NCBI GenBank assembly: GCA_938014885.1
Contig: CALLQI010000011.1
Span: 51,344-115,343 of the forward strand
Source of the DNA: an uncultured bacterium
GTDB lineage: Bacteria > Planctomycetota > UBA8742 > UBA2392
DNA length: 64,000 bases
Direction of reading: 5' to 3'
Below are positions 55,621 to 64,000 of the stretch, piece by piece (position 1 is the stretch's first letter; every line of letters begins with the position of its first letter). The position numbers and the translations under genes were made by a program. The notes under the pieces were generated by a model. The model ran no database searches. It was given only the letters and a program-made list of their open reading frames with translations, and was not told the DNA's origin.

Positions 55621-56700
55621 TTAGTTGCCGCCGGCTGAGCCGTTGGGTTCCGCGGCATCTTTCTTCTTGAGCTGGATCACTTCGTCGCCCTTGGCCACGG
55701 GGCGGTTGCCGGTTTCGTTCAGGGTCTGGCAGCCCAGTGATTCGACGGGCAGCGAAGTGTCGTCCGAAACGTGATAGTGGCGGATCACCTTGACGCGGCA
55801 GACTTCATTGTTGCGGGCGTCCACGACGATCATTTCGTCGTTCAGCGCGGGCACGGTGCCGGACTTCACGTCCACCAGCAGGATGCTTTGGCCGTCGGCG
55901 CGGGTACGGGTTACCTGCACCACGGCGCCGGTGAACACGTAATTCTCGCGCACGCGGGGCAGTTCTTCAGGCTTGCCCGTGCCGCCGCCGGCGCGCTTGA
56001 CCAGGTCGTCGTACATCGACTTCATGTTCTCGAAGTCGCTGCGTGACTTGGCCAGTTCGTCCTCAAGTGCCTTTTTTTCTTTACGCAGCTCAAGGTACAT
56101 CGGGTGCTTGCTGACGTCGGTGCCTTCCAGCCCGGACATCTTCTGCATCAACGCGTCGAACTCCGTCTGGCGGGCCTGCAGGTCCTGCTTCAGGCGCGCG
56201 ACTTCGGCCTCGGCGGTGGCGCGGGCTGCTTGCTCGACCTTGAGGTCGGCGTCGCGGGTGATCAGGTCCTTCTGCAGTGTCAGCACCTGGTTGGGGTCAA
56301 CCTCTTTGACCTTCTTCTCGAGGGTCTCGATCATGGTGCCCAGCGTCTTGAGCGACGCTTCCATGTCGGCGACCTTCTTCAGGCGCGTCTCAAGATCGTC
56401 CATCCGGCTGTCGGTGTTCTTGTCGGAATCGCTGATCTTCTTCTTGATGTCGTCCAGGCCGGCACGGACGTCTTCACCCAGCGAGTTGACTTTCTTGTCC
56501 AGCGTGCCGCCATCGGTCTTCTGCTGGTTGGCGAGCATCACCGCCAGCAAGTCATTCTGGCCGCCTTTGGCCTGCTGGGCCTTCATGGCATCCAGTTCAG
56601 CCTGCAACTTGGCGTTGGTGTCGCGCGCCTGCTGGTCCTGACACGCCGTGGTTCCAAACAGAAGTACCGCCGAGGCGGCGGCTGCTAGGGCAAATCGCAT
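55621..56700 (-). CDS. Coiled-coil lipoprotein with a C-terminal beta-rich domain.
   Basis: I chose ATG 56700. MRFALAAAASAVLLFGTTAC is a lipobox-like signal, followed by about 200 aa of heptad-like Lys/Glu/Leu/Asp-rich sequence. Confidence 0.72.
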   Translation of the reverse strand: MRFALAAAASAVLLFGTTACQDQQARDTNAKLQAELDAMKAQQAKGGQNDLLAVMLANQQKTDGGTLDKKVNSLGEDVRAGLDDIKKKISDSDKNTDSRMDDLETRLKKVADMEASLKTLGTMIETLEKKVKEVDPNQVLTLQKDLITRDADLKVEQAARATAEAEVARLKQDLQARQTEFDALMQKMSGLEGTDVSKHPMYLELRKEKKALEDELAKSRSDFENMKSMYDDLVKRAGGGTGKPEELPRVRENYVFTGAVVQVTRTRADGQSILLVDVKSGTVPALNDEMIVVDARNNEVCRVKVIRHYHVSDDTSLPVESLGCQTLNETGNRPVAKGDEVIQLKKKDAAEPNGSAGGN

Positions 56701-56848
56701 TCCGTACTCCCTGAGGGGTAAGCCACCGCAGGCAAATGCCTGCGGCTCAACAACACAGGGGTCGCTGAGCCCGAAATTGTTGCAGACAATGGCGTTGCGG
56801 TCAACGACGGGGATGTGGGACAAAAGGTCCGGATAAACCCAAGCTGCC

Positions 56849-57466
56849 CTATGCGCTTGGTTTGCGCTGGAACCGGAACTTGTGGATTGTGCGCCCCATG
56901 GCCCGGAACTTCTGTTCCCAGTTCGTCACGCCCTCCGGGGCTTCGTCGCCTATTGCCCGAAAGGTCTGCAGGAAGTCCGGGTCGGCCCGGAACACTTCTT
57001 CCATCTGCACCGCGTAATCGGGGTGGTCTGTGGCCAGAAACACCGTGCCACCGGGCTTCACGATACGTGCTGCCTCACGGACAAATGGTGGCTGGATCAG
57101 GCGGCGCTTCAGGTGACGCGACTTGGGCCAGGGGTCCGGAAAGTACACGTGCAGCCCGTCGATGCTGGCGGCCGCAATCACGTCGCGCACCACGCGGCCG
57201 GCGTCGTCACGCAGGATGCGGAAGTTGGCAAGCCCGCGTTTGGCCGCGCGCTCAGCCACCAGGCGGTAGTAACGGCTGGCCCACTCGATGCCGACGAAGT
57301 TGGTGTCGGGGCGTGCTTCCGCCTGTTGGATCAGGAAGCGCCCCTTGCCCACGCCAAGCTCAAGCTCAACGGGGTGTTCATTGCCGAAAATCGCGGGAAA
57401 GTCATAGCGCCGCTCCTGGGTGGGCGGAATCTGTTCCAGCGTGACAGGCGCGATGTCTACGGCCAT
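56849..57466 (-). CDS. trmB: tRNA (guanine-N7)-methyltransferase.
   Basis: ...ELELGVGKGRFLIQQAEARPDTNFVGIEW...LHVYFPDPWPKSRHLKRRL... are the TrmB signature motifs. Confidence 0.93.
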   Translation of the reverse strand: MAVDIAPVTLEQIPPTQERRYDFPAIFGNEHPVELELGVGKGRFLIQQAEARPDTNFVGIEWASRYYRLVAERAAKRGLANFRILRDDAGRVVRDVIAAASIDGLHVYFPDPWPKSRHLKRRLIQPPFVREAARIVKPGGTVFLATDHPDYAVQMEEVFRADPDFLQTFRAIGDEAPEGVTNWEQKFRAMGRTIHKFRFQRKPSA

Positions 57467-57511
57467 GGCGGAAGCGTATTGCCGGCCGCAACCATGAAAA
57501 GGGGCCGCGCG

Positions 57512-57760
57512 TCATTCGCCGTCATTGCGCACTGAGTTGGTCGGGCACTGGCTAGCGGCGTCTTCGGCTTCCTGCACCTCCTGCGCTGTGGCCGGCTGGC
57601 GATAGGCCAATGAGTGCGTGGCGTCGTCCGACTCGCGGAACACGCTGGGCGCGATGGCAGGGCACAGCGCGCAATTGATGCAGGTGGTGTCGATGTAGTA
57701 CTTGCCTGGGACGTTGTCTGCGAAGGCCTCGGCGCGGGCGGTCTGCTTGGATTCCGACAT
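57512..57760 (-). CDS. Small single-cluster ferredoxin (82 aa).
   Basis: ...KYYIDTTCINCALCPAIAPSVF...AASQCPTNSV has the pattern CxxCxxC(P)...C(P). GGAG lies upstream of the ATG. Confidence 0.85.
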   Translation of the reverse strand: MSESKQTARAEAFADNVPGKYYIDTTCINCALCPAIAPSVFRESDDATHSLAYRQPATAQEVQEAEDAASQCPTNSVRNDGE

Positions 57761-57899
57761 GTGGGCTCCATTTCGGGCAAATTGGATTCACTAACTCCTG
57801 CTGCCCATCCATTGAACCACAGTTCAAAATACAAATCCAGATTCATTTGCAGTCTGACCTCGGCGGCCAACTTCCCCAGCCCTTCCGCTGGGGCTGAAT

Positions 57900-57931
57900 T
57901 GAAAAACAACACCCGGCCGTGGGCCGGGTGT
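57900..57931 (-). terminator. Hairpin terminator after the second ferredoxin gene.
   Basis: In the minus sense the sequence is AACACCCGGCC-cac-GGCCGGGTGTT followed by gtttttc. Confidence 0.65.
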
Positions 57932-57956
57932 TTTGGGTTGCTTCGCTTGCGCAAAA

Positions 57957-58187
57957 TCAGCCGTCGCTGCCAATGGCCTGCACCGGGCACTGTGCGGCCG
58001 CGTCTTCGCACTGCGTCTTTTCTTCTTCACTGTCAGGTTGCTTGTAGACGACGTCGTGCGTGCCGTCTTCGCTTTCGCGGAAGTTGTTGGGTGCAAGCTG
58101 GGGGCACAGGCCGCAGAAAATGCAGCTTTTGTCGACGTACCAGGCGCCTGCGACGTTGTCTTCCCAGCGTTCATTTACATCCGGCAT
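57957..58187 (-). CDS. Small single-cluster ferredoxin (76 aa), a paralogue of 57512..57760.
   Basis: MPDVNERWEDNVAGAWYVDKSCIFCGLCPQLAPNNF...AAAQCPVQAI. I chose ATG 58187, which has GGAGAG 6 nt upstream. Confidence 0.85.
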   Translation of the reverse strand: MPDVNERWEDNVAGAWYVDKSCIFCGLCPQLAPNNFRESEDGTHDVVYKQPDSEEEKTQCEDAAAQCPVQAIGSDG

Positions 58188-58293
58188 GACACTCTCCATG
58201 ATTGGCCAGCGCGCGGAGCATACATCAGGTTGCCGCAGGATAAAGCGGGAAGATATACGCTCGTTATACTCGTTCCCACCACAGGAGAACGCC

Positions 58294-58632
58294 ATGGTCC
58301 GTGAGATCACCACTGAGGCCCTGAAACAGGCCCTTGATGCCGGCAAAGTCGCCGGTTTCTACGACAATCGCGGCCCCGGAAGTTTCGGCGCGCGGCACAT
58401 CACCGGCGCCACGCTGCTGCCGGTGCCGGACGCCGCAGCAGGCAAAGGTCTGCCTGCCGACAAGGCCGCGATGCTGGTGTTTTACTGAGCCGGCCGTGGT
58501 TGAGATTCCTCCACCAAGGCGGCCCGTGCGGTCGCAGCCCTTGGATACACCAATGTGTGGGATTACCGCGGCGGCGTGCCCGAATGGGTTGAAGCCGGAT
58601 TGCCGGTTGAGGGCACGATGGTCAGCGCCTGA
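58294..58632 (+). CDS. Single-domain rhodanese-like sulfurtransferase with two in-frame UGA codons (58486-88 and 58501-03) in the active-site loop. It is a candidate two-Sec selenoprotein.
   Basis: ATG 58294 has AGGAG upstream. Reading through gives ...ADKAAMLVFY-U-AGRG-U-DSSTKAARAVAALGYTNVWDYRGGVPEWVEAGLPVEGTMVSA-stop. The sequence after the UGAs is the conserved C-terminal half of a rhodanese domain in the same frame. Confidence 0.7.
58514..58544 (+). promoter_or_regulatory. SECIS-like hairpin downstream of the two rhodanese UGAs.
   Basis: CCAAGG-CGGCC-(CGUGC)-GGUCG-[CAGC]-CCUUGG. The loop starts 21 nt after the second UGA and 36 nt after the first. Confidence 0.45.
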
Positions 58633-58709
58633 TGGCATGACCTGAGATTTCAGGCACCAAGCGCAATTCTATGGCGTATGCTTTTCGCCGTGAGGCGAGG
58701 AGTATCCGT

Positions 58710-59900
58710 ATGCGCGCTTGGCTGCCTGTGTTGCTGATGGTCGGATTGCTCGGGTGTTCGCCGGAAGCCGGGCCGTCCAACGCCGAGACATTGAACAGCG
58801 GCCGTCCGAACCTGTTCGGCAACGGTGCCGCAAAGAAGCCGTCCCCCGCATCGGACGTTCAGCCTGAATCCGATGCAGGCGCGCAGCCCACCGGCGCGCC
58901 ACACCCGACCCGCGTCATCGGCAGCCCTGCCGGCAGCGCAGGCGAAGTCCCACTGATTCCAACAGGCCGCTGGACCGACCTGAAGCCGTGCACGCCACTG
59001 CTTGAGCTCAAGCGCGACCAGCACGGCGCGTGGGCCTGGCACCACGGCGACAAAACGCTCGATGCGGCCAGCCGTGACGCCGAGAAGGCGCTGGATGGCT
59101 TCGCCAAGCACAAGCACCACGGCGCAGGCTGGCAGGGCATGGCGCCAAACGGCGTCAGCCGCAACCTTGCGGTGGTGCTGGTCGATGCCGAAGCGCCGGC
59201 GCGCCTGGTGTGCTGGTTTATGGAGCGCACGATGGCGGCGCAGATCGGGCAGGTCGCGGTCGGCCTGCGCGGCATCGCGGCCGCACCACGCGACACGCAT
59301 AAGTGCGCGCAGGCGGACACACTGGGCGCGGATTACCTGGTGTACACGGCACCGGTGGATGAAGGCCTGCACTCGGCGCCTTCGATACCCAAGGAGACGT
59401 GCTGGCTGGCAATTGGCTGGTCTGACTCCGATCGGACGTTCGACTTCACGCCAAAAATCGACGCACGTGGCAACAAGCTGGTGCCGTCGGTTCCCGGCAG
59501 CGTCGCTCAGTACCACCCGGGCTCTCCCGCAAAGCCCGCCGACGCTGCGGCCGCTTGCCAGTTGCGGGACAAGTCTGTCTCAACACTCGCGGATGCGCTC
59601 CATGATGTCATCACAAGATTTGGCACAAGCATCGAGCGCCTGGAATACGCACCTGCCTTGCGACCGGCGAATAGTTCAGTTCCGTGGCTTGCGCTTGAGC
59701 TTGCGTGGCGGGCCTGCGAAGAAACCAGGCGTCGCATGTATGCCGCTGGTGCAACGACAACCGTCGTATCGCATCCGTGGGAGAACCAGATCCCCGAACC
59801 GCCGTCGCCGAAACAGCCACCCGAGATGGAGGTCGAGTTCCCGCGCGATGAACCAGCAAACGAAAACCCGACCGAAGACGAACGAATCGTTGAAGACTGA
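58710..59900 (+). CDS. Lipoprotein (396 aa) of unknown function, ending in a Pro/Glu-rich EVEFPRD motif.
   Basis: I chose ATG 58710, with GAGGCGAGGAG upstream. MRAWLPVLLMVGLLGC is a lipobox. The C-terminus reads ...IPEPPSPKQPPEMEVEFPRDEPANENPTEDERIVED. Confidence 0.8.
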   Translation: MRAWLPVLLMVGLLGCSPEAGPSNAETLNSGRPNLFGNGAAKKPSPASDVQPESDAGAQPTGAPHPTRVIGSPAGSAGEVPLIPTGRWTDLKPCTPLLELKRDQHGAWAWHHGDKTLDAASRDAEKALDGFAKHKHHGAGWQGMAPNGVSRNLAVVLVDAEAPARLVCWFMERTMAAQIGQVAVGLRGIAAAPRDTHKCAQADTLGADYLVYTAPVDEGLHSAPSIPKETCWLAIGWSDSDRTFDFTPKIDARGNKLVPSVPGSVAQYHPGSPAKPADAAAACQLRDKSVSTLADALHDVITRFGTSIERLEYAPALRPANSSVPWLALELAWRACEETRRRMYAAGATTTVVSHPWENQIPEPPSPKQPPEMEVEFPRDEPANENPTEDERIVED

Positions 59901-59952
59901 ATTCGCATCAGACAAGGCTGACTTTGCCCTCGTGAACACTGGAGAAAGATTG

Positions 59953-61008
59953 ATGAAGAAACTCGCCGTACTGACCTTGCTGCTGCTGGCCGCATGCTCG
60001 CAGAACGCGGGCAACAACACGAACTCGCCGTCCAACAGCCTGACGCAGGGCCGGCCGGACATCTTCGGCAAGAAGTCCGACCTGCAAAAACCCGCCGGTG
60101 AAGGCATCAAGCTGCACCCGAGCTGGTTCGTGGTAAGCACCGGCGAGCAGACCGCCGACCAGGTCCGCTACACGATGAAGGGCGTCCCCAGCAGCGTCAG
60201 CGATGTCCAAAAGGCGATGACCGAGTACGCGGGCTCAAAGGCCGACGGCCTGCCGGGCGCCAACGCCGAAGGCATCAGCGATAACCCGGTGGTGCTGCGC
60301 ATGCGGCCGAGCGCCCCCGCCCAGCAGGCGATGGCGTTCATCGAGATGATGGTGCACGCCAAGATCGCGCCGTTTTACTTTGTGCTTGAGGGCGGCACCG
60401 AACGCATCTTCAAACTGCGCCTGCCCGTGGATGGCGGACTGGAAATCTACCCCGAACCGCCGCCGCCGGAGCAGCCAAGGGAAGAGGAAGTTGAGTTCCC
60501 GCGCGATGACCCGGGCACCGCTGACCCCACCACCGACGAAGACATCACCGAGGAGCCTGACACTGATGACGATCGCAGCCCGGATCGGCCCGACCTTCAA
60601 TGGCTGCAGAGCGGCGCACCTCGCGTGCCGCGAGAGGTCTGCACCATCTCGGCGGGGCTCAGCGACAACGTGGTCAGCTTTGTGATTGCGCTGGACGCGC
60701 GCGGCCGCATGCCCGCGGGCAGCGTTACCCGCACCGAGCTTGTGAAAGACGACACCGTGCAGGACGCGGCCTACAACAATGCGCGTCGAGACCTGGCCGA
60801 CAAACTGGTGGACCTGCACAAAAAGGTGCCGTTTGAAGTCGTCGAAGTGATGTGTGGCCACTCCGGGACCAAAGCGTTGCGGTGCGTCGAACTGGTGTTG
60901 ATGATCGACGCGGCACGGGTCGCGGGCAACATCGTGCACCCGGACAAGACCGACCCGTGGGAGATCCGGTTCAAGTTCGGAGACGTGCTTAGACGTTACG
61001 ACGACTGA
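59953..61008 (+). CDS. Lipoprotein (351 aa), a partial paralogue of 58710..59900.
   Basis: I chose ATG 59953. MKKLAVLTLLLLAAC is a lipobox. It shares the GRP(N/D)(L/I)FG and PEPPxPxQPxExEVEFPRDxP motifs with the upstream gene. The first half of ORF 59002..61008 is a shadow of the upstream gene. Confidence 0.8.
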   Translation: MKKLAVLTLLLLAACSQNAGNNTNSPSNSLTQGRPDIFGKKSDLQKPAGEGIKLHPSWFVVSTGEQTADQVRYTMKGVPSSVSDVQKAMTEYAGSKADGLPGANAEGISDNPVVLRMRPSAPAQQAMAFIEMMVHAKIAPFYFVLEGGTERIFKLRLPVDGGLEIYPEPPPPEQPREEEVEFPRDDPGTADPTTDEDITEEPDTDDDRSPDRPDLQWLQSGAPRVPREVCTISAGLSDNVVSFVIALDARGRMPAGSVTRTELVKDDTVQDAAYNNARRDLADKLVDLHKKVPFEVVEVMCGHSGTKALRCVELVLMIDAARVAGNIVHPDKTDPWEIRFKFGDVLRRYDD

Positions 61009-64000
61009 TCAGCTCCGGCGACGCCGCAGACGCAGCAGGGGCAGCAACAACGCGGCGCCAAGCCACGCGTACCAGCGCCGCGTGCCGTCCACGCTGCAAC
61101 CACCGCCGCCGCCTCCACCACCGCCGCCACCCGCGCTGACACCACCGCCCGGGTTGGCGTCGGTGATGGTGGGGACGTCCGTCGGCAGAGACTCGGCCGT
61201 GCCGTTGAAGGCCGTGGCCAGGAAGTTGTTCGCCACACCCTGTGCCAGCGGCGCGCTGACGCTGAAGGCAGTGCCGCCGCCGGTAAGCTGCTGGCTGCCG
61301 ACTTCGGTGTCGGCGCCGTTGACGAAGCCATCGTTGTTGTTGTCGCGATAGATCCTCACCAGTGCGTTGGCTTGCGCGGTCCCCTGGATATTGAACGTTG
61401 GCGCGTCCACAGTGACCGGCCCCGACGGCGTGGTCACCACCGGCGGCGCGATCGGCGGCACCGTGGTTTCCGTAATCGTGGGCACGTTGGTCGGCGGCGT
61501 GCTGATGTTTCCGGCCGCATCGGTGGCCGTGACCACAAAGTCGTTGGTGGTGCTTTGCGTGATCGGGGTGCTGATGCTGAAGTTCGTGCCGCCGCCCGTG
61601 AGCTGCTGGCTGCTGACCACGGCATCGGCACCGTCAATCAGCCCATTGTTGTTGAAGTCGCGCCAGACCTGCACCAGCGAGTTGGCTTCCGCGGTTCCCT
61701 GGATGTTGAAGGTCGTGCCCACGGTGTTCGTGGCGGCCGCGGGGTTGGTCACCACGGGCATCGCCGGTGGCGTGGAGTCTTCGGTAATCGTCGGCACGTC
61801 TACCGGGTTGCTTTCGGTGTTCGTGGGGTCGTCGGCTGTGGCCGTGAAATTATTGGGTGCGTCCTGGGTCAGCGGAATGCTGACGCTGAACGAAGTCGCG
61901 CCGCCAGTCAGTTGCTGCTGGCCCACGACGGCGTCGGCACCGTTGACTTGCCCGTTGTTGTCCAAGTCGCTGTAGATGCGCACCAGCGAGTTCGCGGGCG
62001 CGGTGCCCTGCACGCTGAAGTTGGCCGCGTTCACGAGCACCGGGGCCGCGGGGTTGGTCACGGTGGGCGGCGCGGTCTGGCCTGGCACCGTGGCGGCGCC
62101 ATTTTCATAACTGCCGATGTCCACACCGCCGCCGTCGTCGCGGGCGCTGTTGCGCTGGTCGGTGGTCAGGCCGCGCGGATTGCTGCCGACATTGCGCGCG
62201 ATGCTGTTGTTGGCAATCGCGTGGGTGTTGGTCGGGCCGCTATTATTGGCCAGCGGGCTGAGCCCGGGGTCACCGATGATGAAGCCCGTCGTCGGCGGAG
62301 TCGCGCCGCCGGGTGCAGTCTCAATCAAGCACGACGCCATGTTGCCGCTGCCGAAGAATTCGGTACCCGTGGCCGCTGCAGGCGTCATCGTGTTGTCGGC
62401 GTAAATGCTGCTGGCACTGCTGAGAGTTGCGCCCGCGTTCGCCGCACCTCCACCTGACGCCGTACCGGCCGCGCCATTGGCACCGACAGTGCCGCCTGTG
62501 CCTCCAACGCCGGGTAGTCCGCCCTGGCCGCCGACGCCGCGCGTGGCGACGTTCGAGGCAACCGTCGAGTTGTCGATTGTCAGCGTACCGCCCTGCCCGT
62601 ACACGCCGCCGCCGCGCGCACCGCCACCGGCACCGCCCGCGCCGCCATTGCCCACAATGTTGCCCGTGGTGCTGCTGTTGACGCTGCCGCCTTGGCCACC
62701 GTTGCCGCCGTCACCGGCACTGGTCGTGTTGCCTGAGAGTGTCGCGTTGATCAGCGTCAGCGTGCCCGCGCCGATGTACGCGCCCCCGCCCATGGCAGCC
62801 CCGCCAATGCCGCCCGTTGAGCCATTGCCTCCGAACGACACGTGAGGTCCGCCACCACCGCCGAACCCGCCATTGCCGCCGTCGGCCACGTTGCCGTTGG
62901 CAGTGCTGCGCTCAAACAGCACCGAGCCGCCTTCTACGTAGAGTGCCGCCCCCGCACCTTCGCCGCCGTTGGCACCGGGGCGCGAGATCGCGGGAGAGAT
63001 CGCGAACAAGCCAAGACCCGGCGTGCCGCCGTTGCCACCGGTGCCGCCATTGGCACCGTTGGAAAGCAAGGTGCTTTCCTTGACCTCAACCGTGCCGGTC
63101 TGCACGTACAGGCCCGCGCCACGCGCGTTGCCGGCCGCACCGGCGAACCCGCCGTTGCCGCCGGTAAACAGCGCCGTGCCGCCGCCAGCCCCGCCGTTGC
63201 CGCCGTCGCCGGCGAAGCAGCCGTTCTGGCTGAAGGTGCTGCCGGTGATGCCAAGGCTGGCGGTGGCGCTGTACAGGCCGCCGCCGAACGCATTTCCACC
63301 GGCACCGCCCGTACCACCGGCGCCGCCGGTGCTGAAGAACGTACTGGTGAACTGCCCGCCGTTGCCGCCGTTGCCGCCATCGCCGCCGATGGCGTTATTG
63401 AGGGACAGCGTGCAGTTGGTGATGGTCAGCGCACCTGCGCTGACATAGATCGCGCCGCCGCGCGCGCTGCCGCCGTTGCCGCCGGGGCCGCCGTTGCCTG
63501 AACCAAAGCCGTTCACGCCGTTGGCCCCGTTGCCGCCGCGGGCCTCATTGGCTGTCAGCGTCACGCCGGTCAGTGTCAGCGCGCCCGCGCCTTCCTTCAT
63601 GATGCCGCCGCCGCGTGATTCGCCGGCTGCGCTGCCCTGGTCCAACGCGCGGCCGTTGCGGATCGTCAGGTTCTGGATCGTGACCGGGGCGTTGGCGCCG
63701 TTGTTGATGTGGAAGACGCGGTCAATGTCCTGGCCGTCAATGATCGTGCTGCCCGCACCAGCGCCGATGATTGTCAACGTGCCCGCGGCCTTGGTGATGT
63801 CGAGGTCGCCGGTGTTGTGATTCGCCGCGCCCGCGTCGGTGGTGCCCGTCAGGTTGATCGTCACCGCGCTGATCGTGATGGTGTCATTCGTGGCTGATGC
63901 GTTGACCTGCCCGATGGCAGTGCGCAACGAAGCAAGGTCCGTCGCGTTCAGGTTCAACTGGGCGTCCAGCCCCTGGCTTGCAACGGCCGCAAGCCAGAAC
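61009..64000 (-). CDS. Giant surface protein; the N-terminal signal peptide is cut by the right window edge. It has Pmp-like/CSLREA-type Gly-rich beta-helix repeats, three Ig-like repeats of about 100 aa, and a poly-Gly-Cys-TM-Arg sorting tag.
   Basis: The frame stays open upstream of the ORF-track start (...FWLAAVASQGLDAQLNLNATDLASLRTAIGQVN...). The repeats include GGAIYVSAGALTITNCTLSLNNAIGGDGGNGGNGG.... The Ig-like repeat is ...F(N/S)(I/V)QGTA.AN.LV.(I/V)..D.NN(N/D)G... x3. The C-terminus reads ...GGGGGGGGGGCSVDGTRRWYAWLGAALLLPLLRLRRRRS. Confidence 0.88.
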   Translation of the reverse strand, partial: FWLAAVASQGLDAQLNLNATDLASLRTAIGQVNASATNDTITISAVTINLTGTTDAGAANHNTGDLDITKAAGTLTIIGAGAGSTIIDGQDIDRVFHINNGANAPVTIQNLTIRNGRALDQGSAAGESRGGGIMKEGAGALTLTGVTLTANEARGGNGANGVNGFGSGNGGPGGNGGSARGGAIYVSAGALTITNCTLSLNNAIGGDGGNGGNGGQFTSTFFSTGGAGGTGGAGGNAFGGGLYSATASLGITGSTFSQNGCFAGDGGNGGAGGGTALFTGGNGGFAGAAGNARGAGLYVQTGTVEVKESTLLSNGANGGTGGNGGTPGLGLFAISPAISRPGANGGEGAGAALYVEGGSVLFERSTANGNVADGGNGGFGGGGGPHVSFGGNGSTGGIGGAAMGGGAYIGAGTLTLINATLSGNTTSAGDGGNGGQGGSVNSSTTGNIVGNGGAGGAGGGARGGGVYGQGGTLTIDNSTVASNVATRGVGGQGGLPGVGGTGGTVGANGAAGTASGGGAANAGATLSSASSIYADNTMTPAAATGTEFFGSGNMASCLIETAPGGATPPTTGFIIGDPGLSPLANNSGPTNTHAIANNSIARNVGSNPRGLTTDQRNSARDDGGGVDIGSYENGAATVPGQTAPPTVTNPAAPVLVNAANFSVQGTAPANSLVRIYSDLDNNGQVNGADAVVGQQQLTGGATSFSVSIPLTQDAPNNFTATADDPTNTESNPVDVPTITEDSTPPAMPVVTNPAAATNTVGTTFNIQGTAEANSLVQVWRDFNNNGLIDGADAVVSSQQLTGGGTNFSISTPITQSTTNDFVVTATDAAGNISTPPTNVPTITETTVPPIAPPVVTTPSGPVTVDAPTFNIQGTAQANALVRIYRDNNNDGFVNGADTEVGSQQLTGGGTAFSVSAPLAQGVANNFLATAFNGTAESLPTDVPTITDANPGGGVSAGGGGGGGGGGGCSVDGTRRWYAWLGAALLLPLLRLRRRRS

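Noticed and set aside
61006-61011. Convergent genes whose stop codons abut to form the palindrome TGATCA.
   Set aside because: This is most likely a coincidence of tight packing. There is no room for a terminator between them, but I see no further structure or repeat to suggest a specific function.

Overview
Dense, high-GC (about 60-65 % by eye) bacterial chromosomal segment. I call about 48 CDS and 2 tRNAs. I saw no rRNA, CRISPR array, transposase, integrase or phage genes. Recognisable housekeeping genes: the glycine-cleavage cluster gcvT-gcvH-gcvPA-gcvPB, isolated nuoD and nuoE, clpC, uvrC, trmB, rnd, phoU-phoB-phoR, a membrane H+-pyrophosphatase, PPK2, a DapL-like aminotransferase, a MoxR ATPase, a CoxE-like VWA protein, a CPA2 antiporter, a short MgtE, an S41 peptidase and a CPBP protease. 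Both window edges cut giant secreted adhesin-like genes. Scattered operons, giant repeat proteins and four-helix-bundle genes suggest a Planctomycetota-like or Myxococcota-like diderm, but I cannot assign taxonomy from this window alone.

Main result: five genes carry in-frame UGA codons, nine UGAs in total. In three genes the UGA sits exactly where a redox or catalytic Cys is expected: a TlpA-like U-x-x-C, a deiodinase-like FGSYT-U-PPC, and a rhodanese with two UGAs in its active-site loop. Each UGA is followed by a SECIS-like hairpin. TGA still acts as a normal stop for many conserved genes, so this looks like selenocysteine recoding rather than a changed genetic code. Three of the UGA-containing genes sit in one envelope-targeted minus-strand operon (5763-10153). 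One of them has a U-V-U-U-E-U cluster.

Other observations:
- A family of G-tract/C-tract palindromic intercistronic elements. One copy encloses a four-helix-bundle (23S-IVS-protein family) gene.
- A 240-bp composite palindrome built from CGCGAAG/CACGG units.
- A near-identical 342-bp in-frame duplication in a giant adhesin gene.
- Cys-containing C-terminal sorting tags on two surface proteins, with a CPBP protease in the same window.
- A ~140-aa low-complexity insertion in the pyrophosphatase.
- TAG is unusually frequent as a stop codon.
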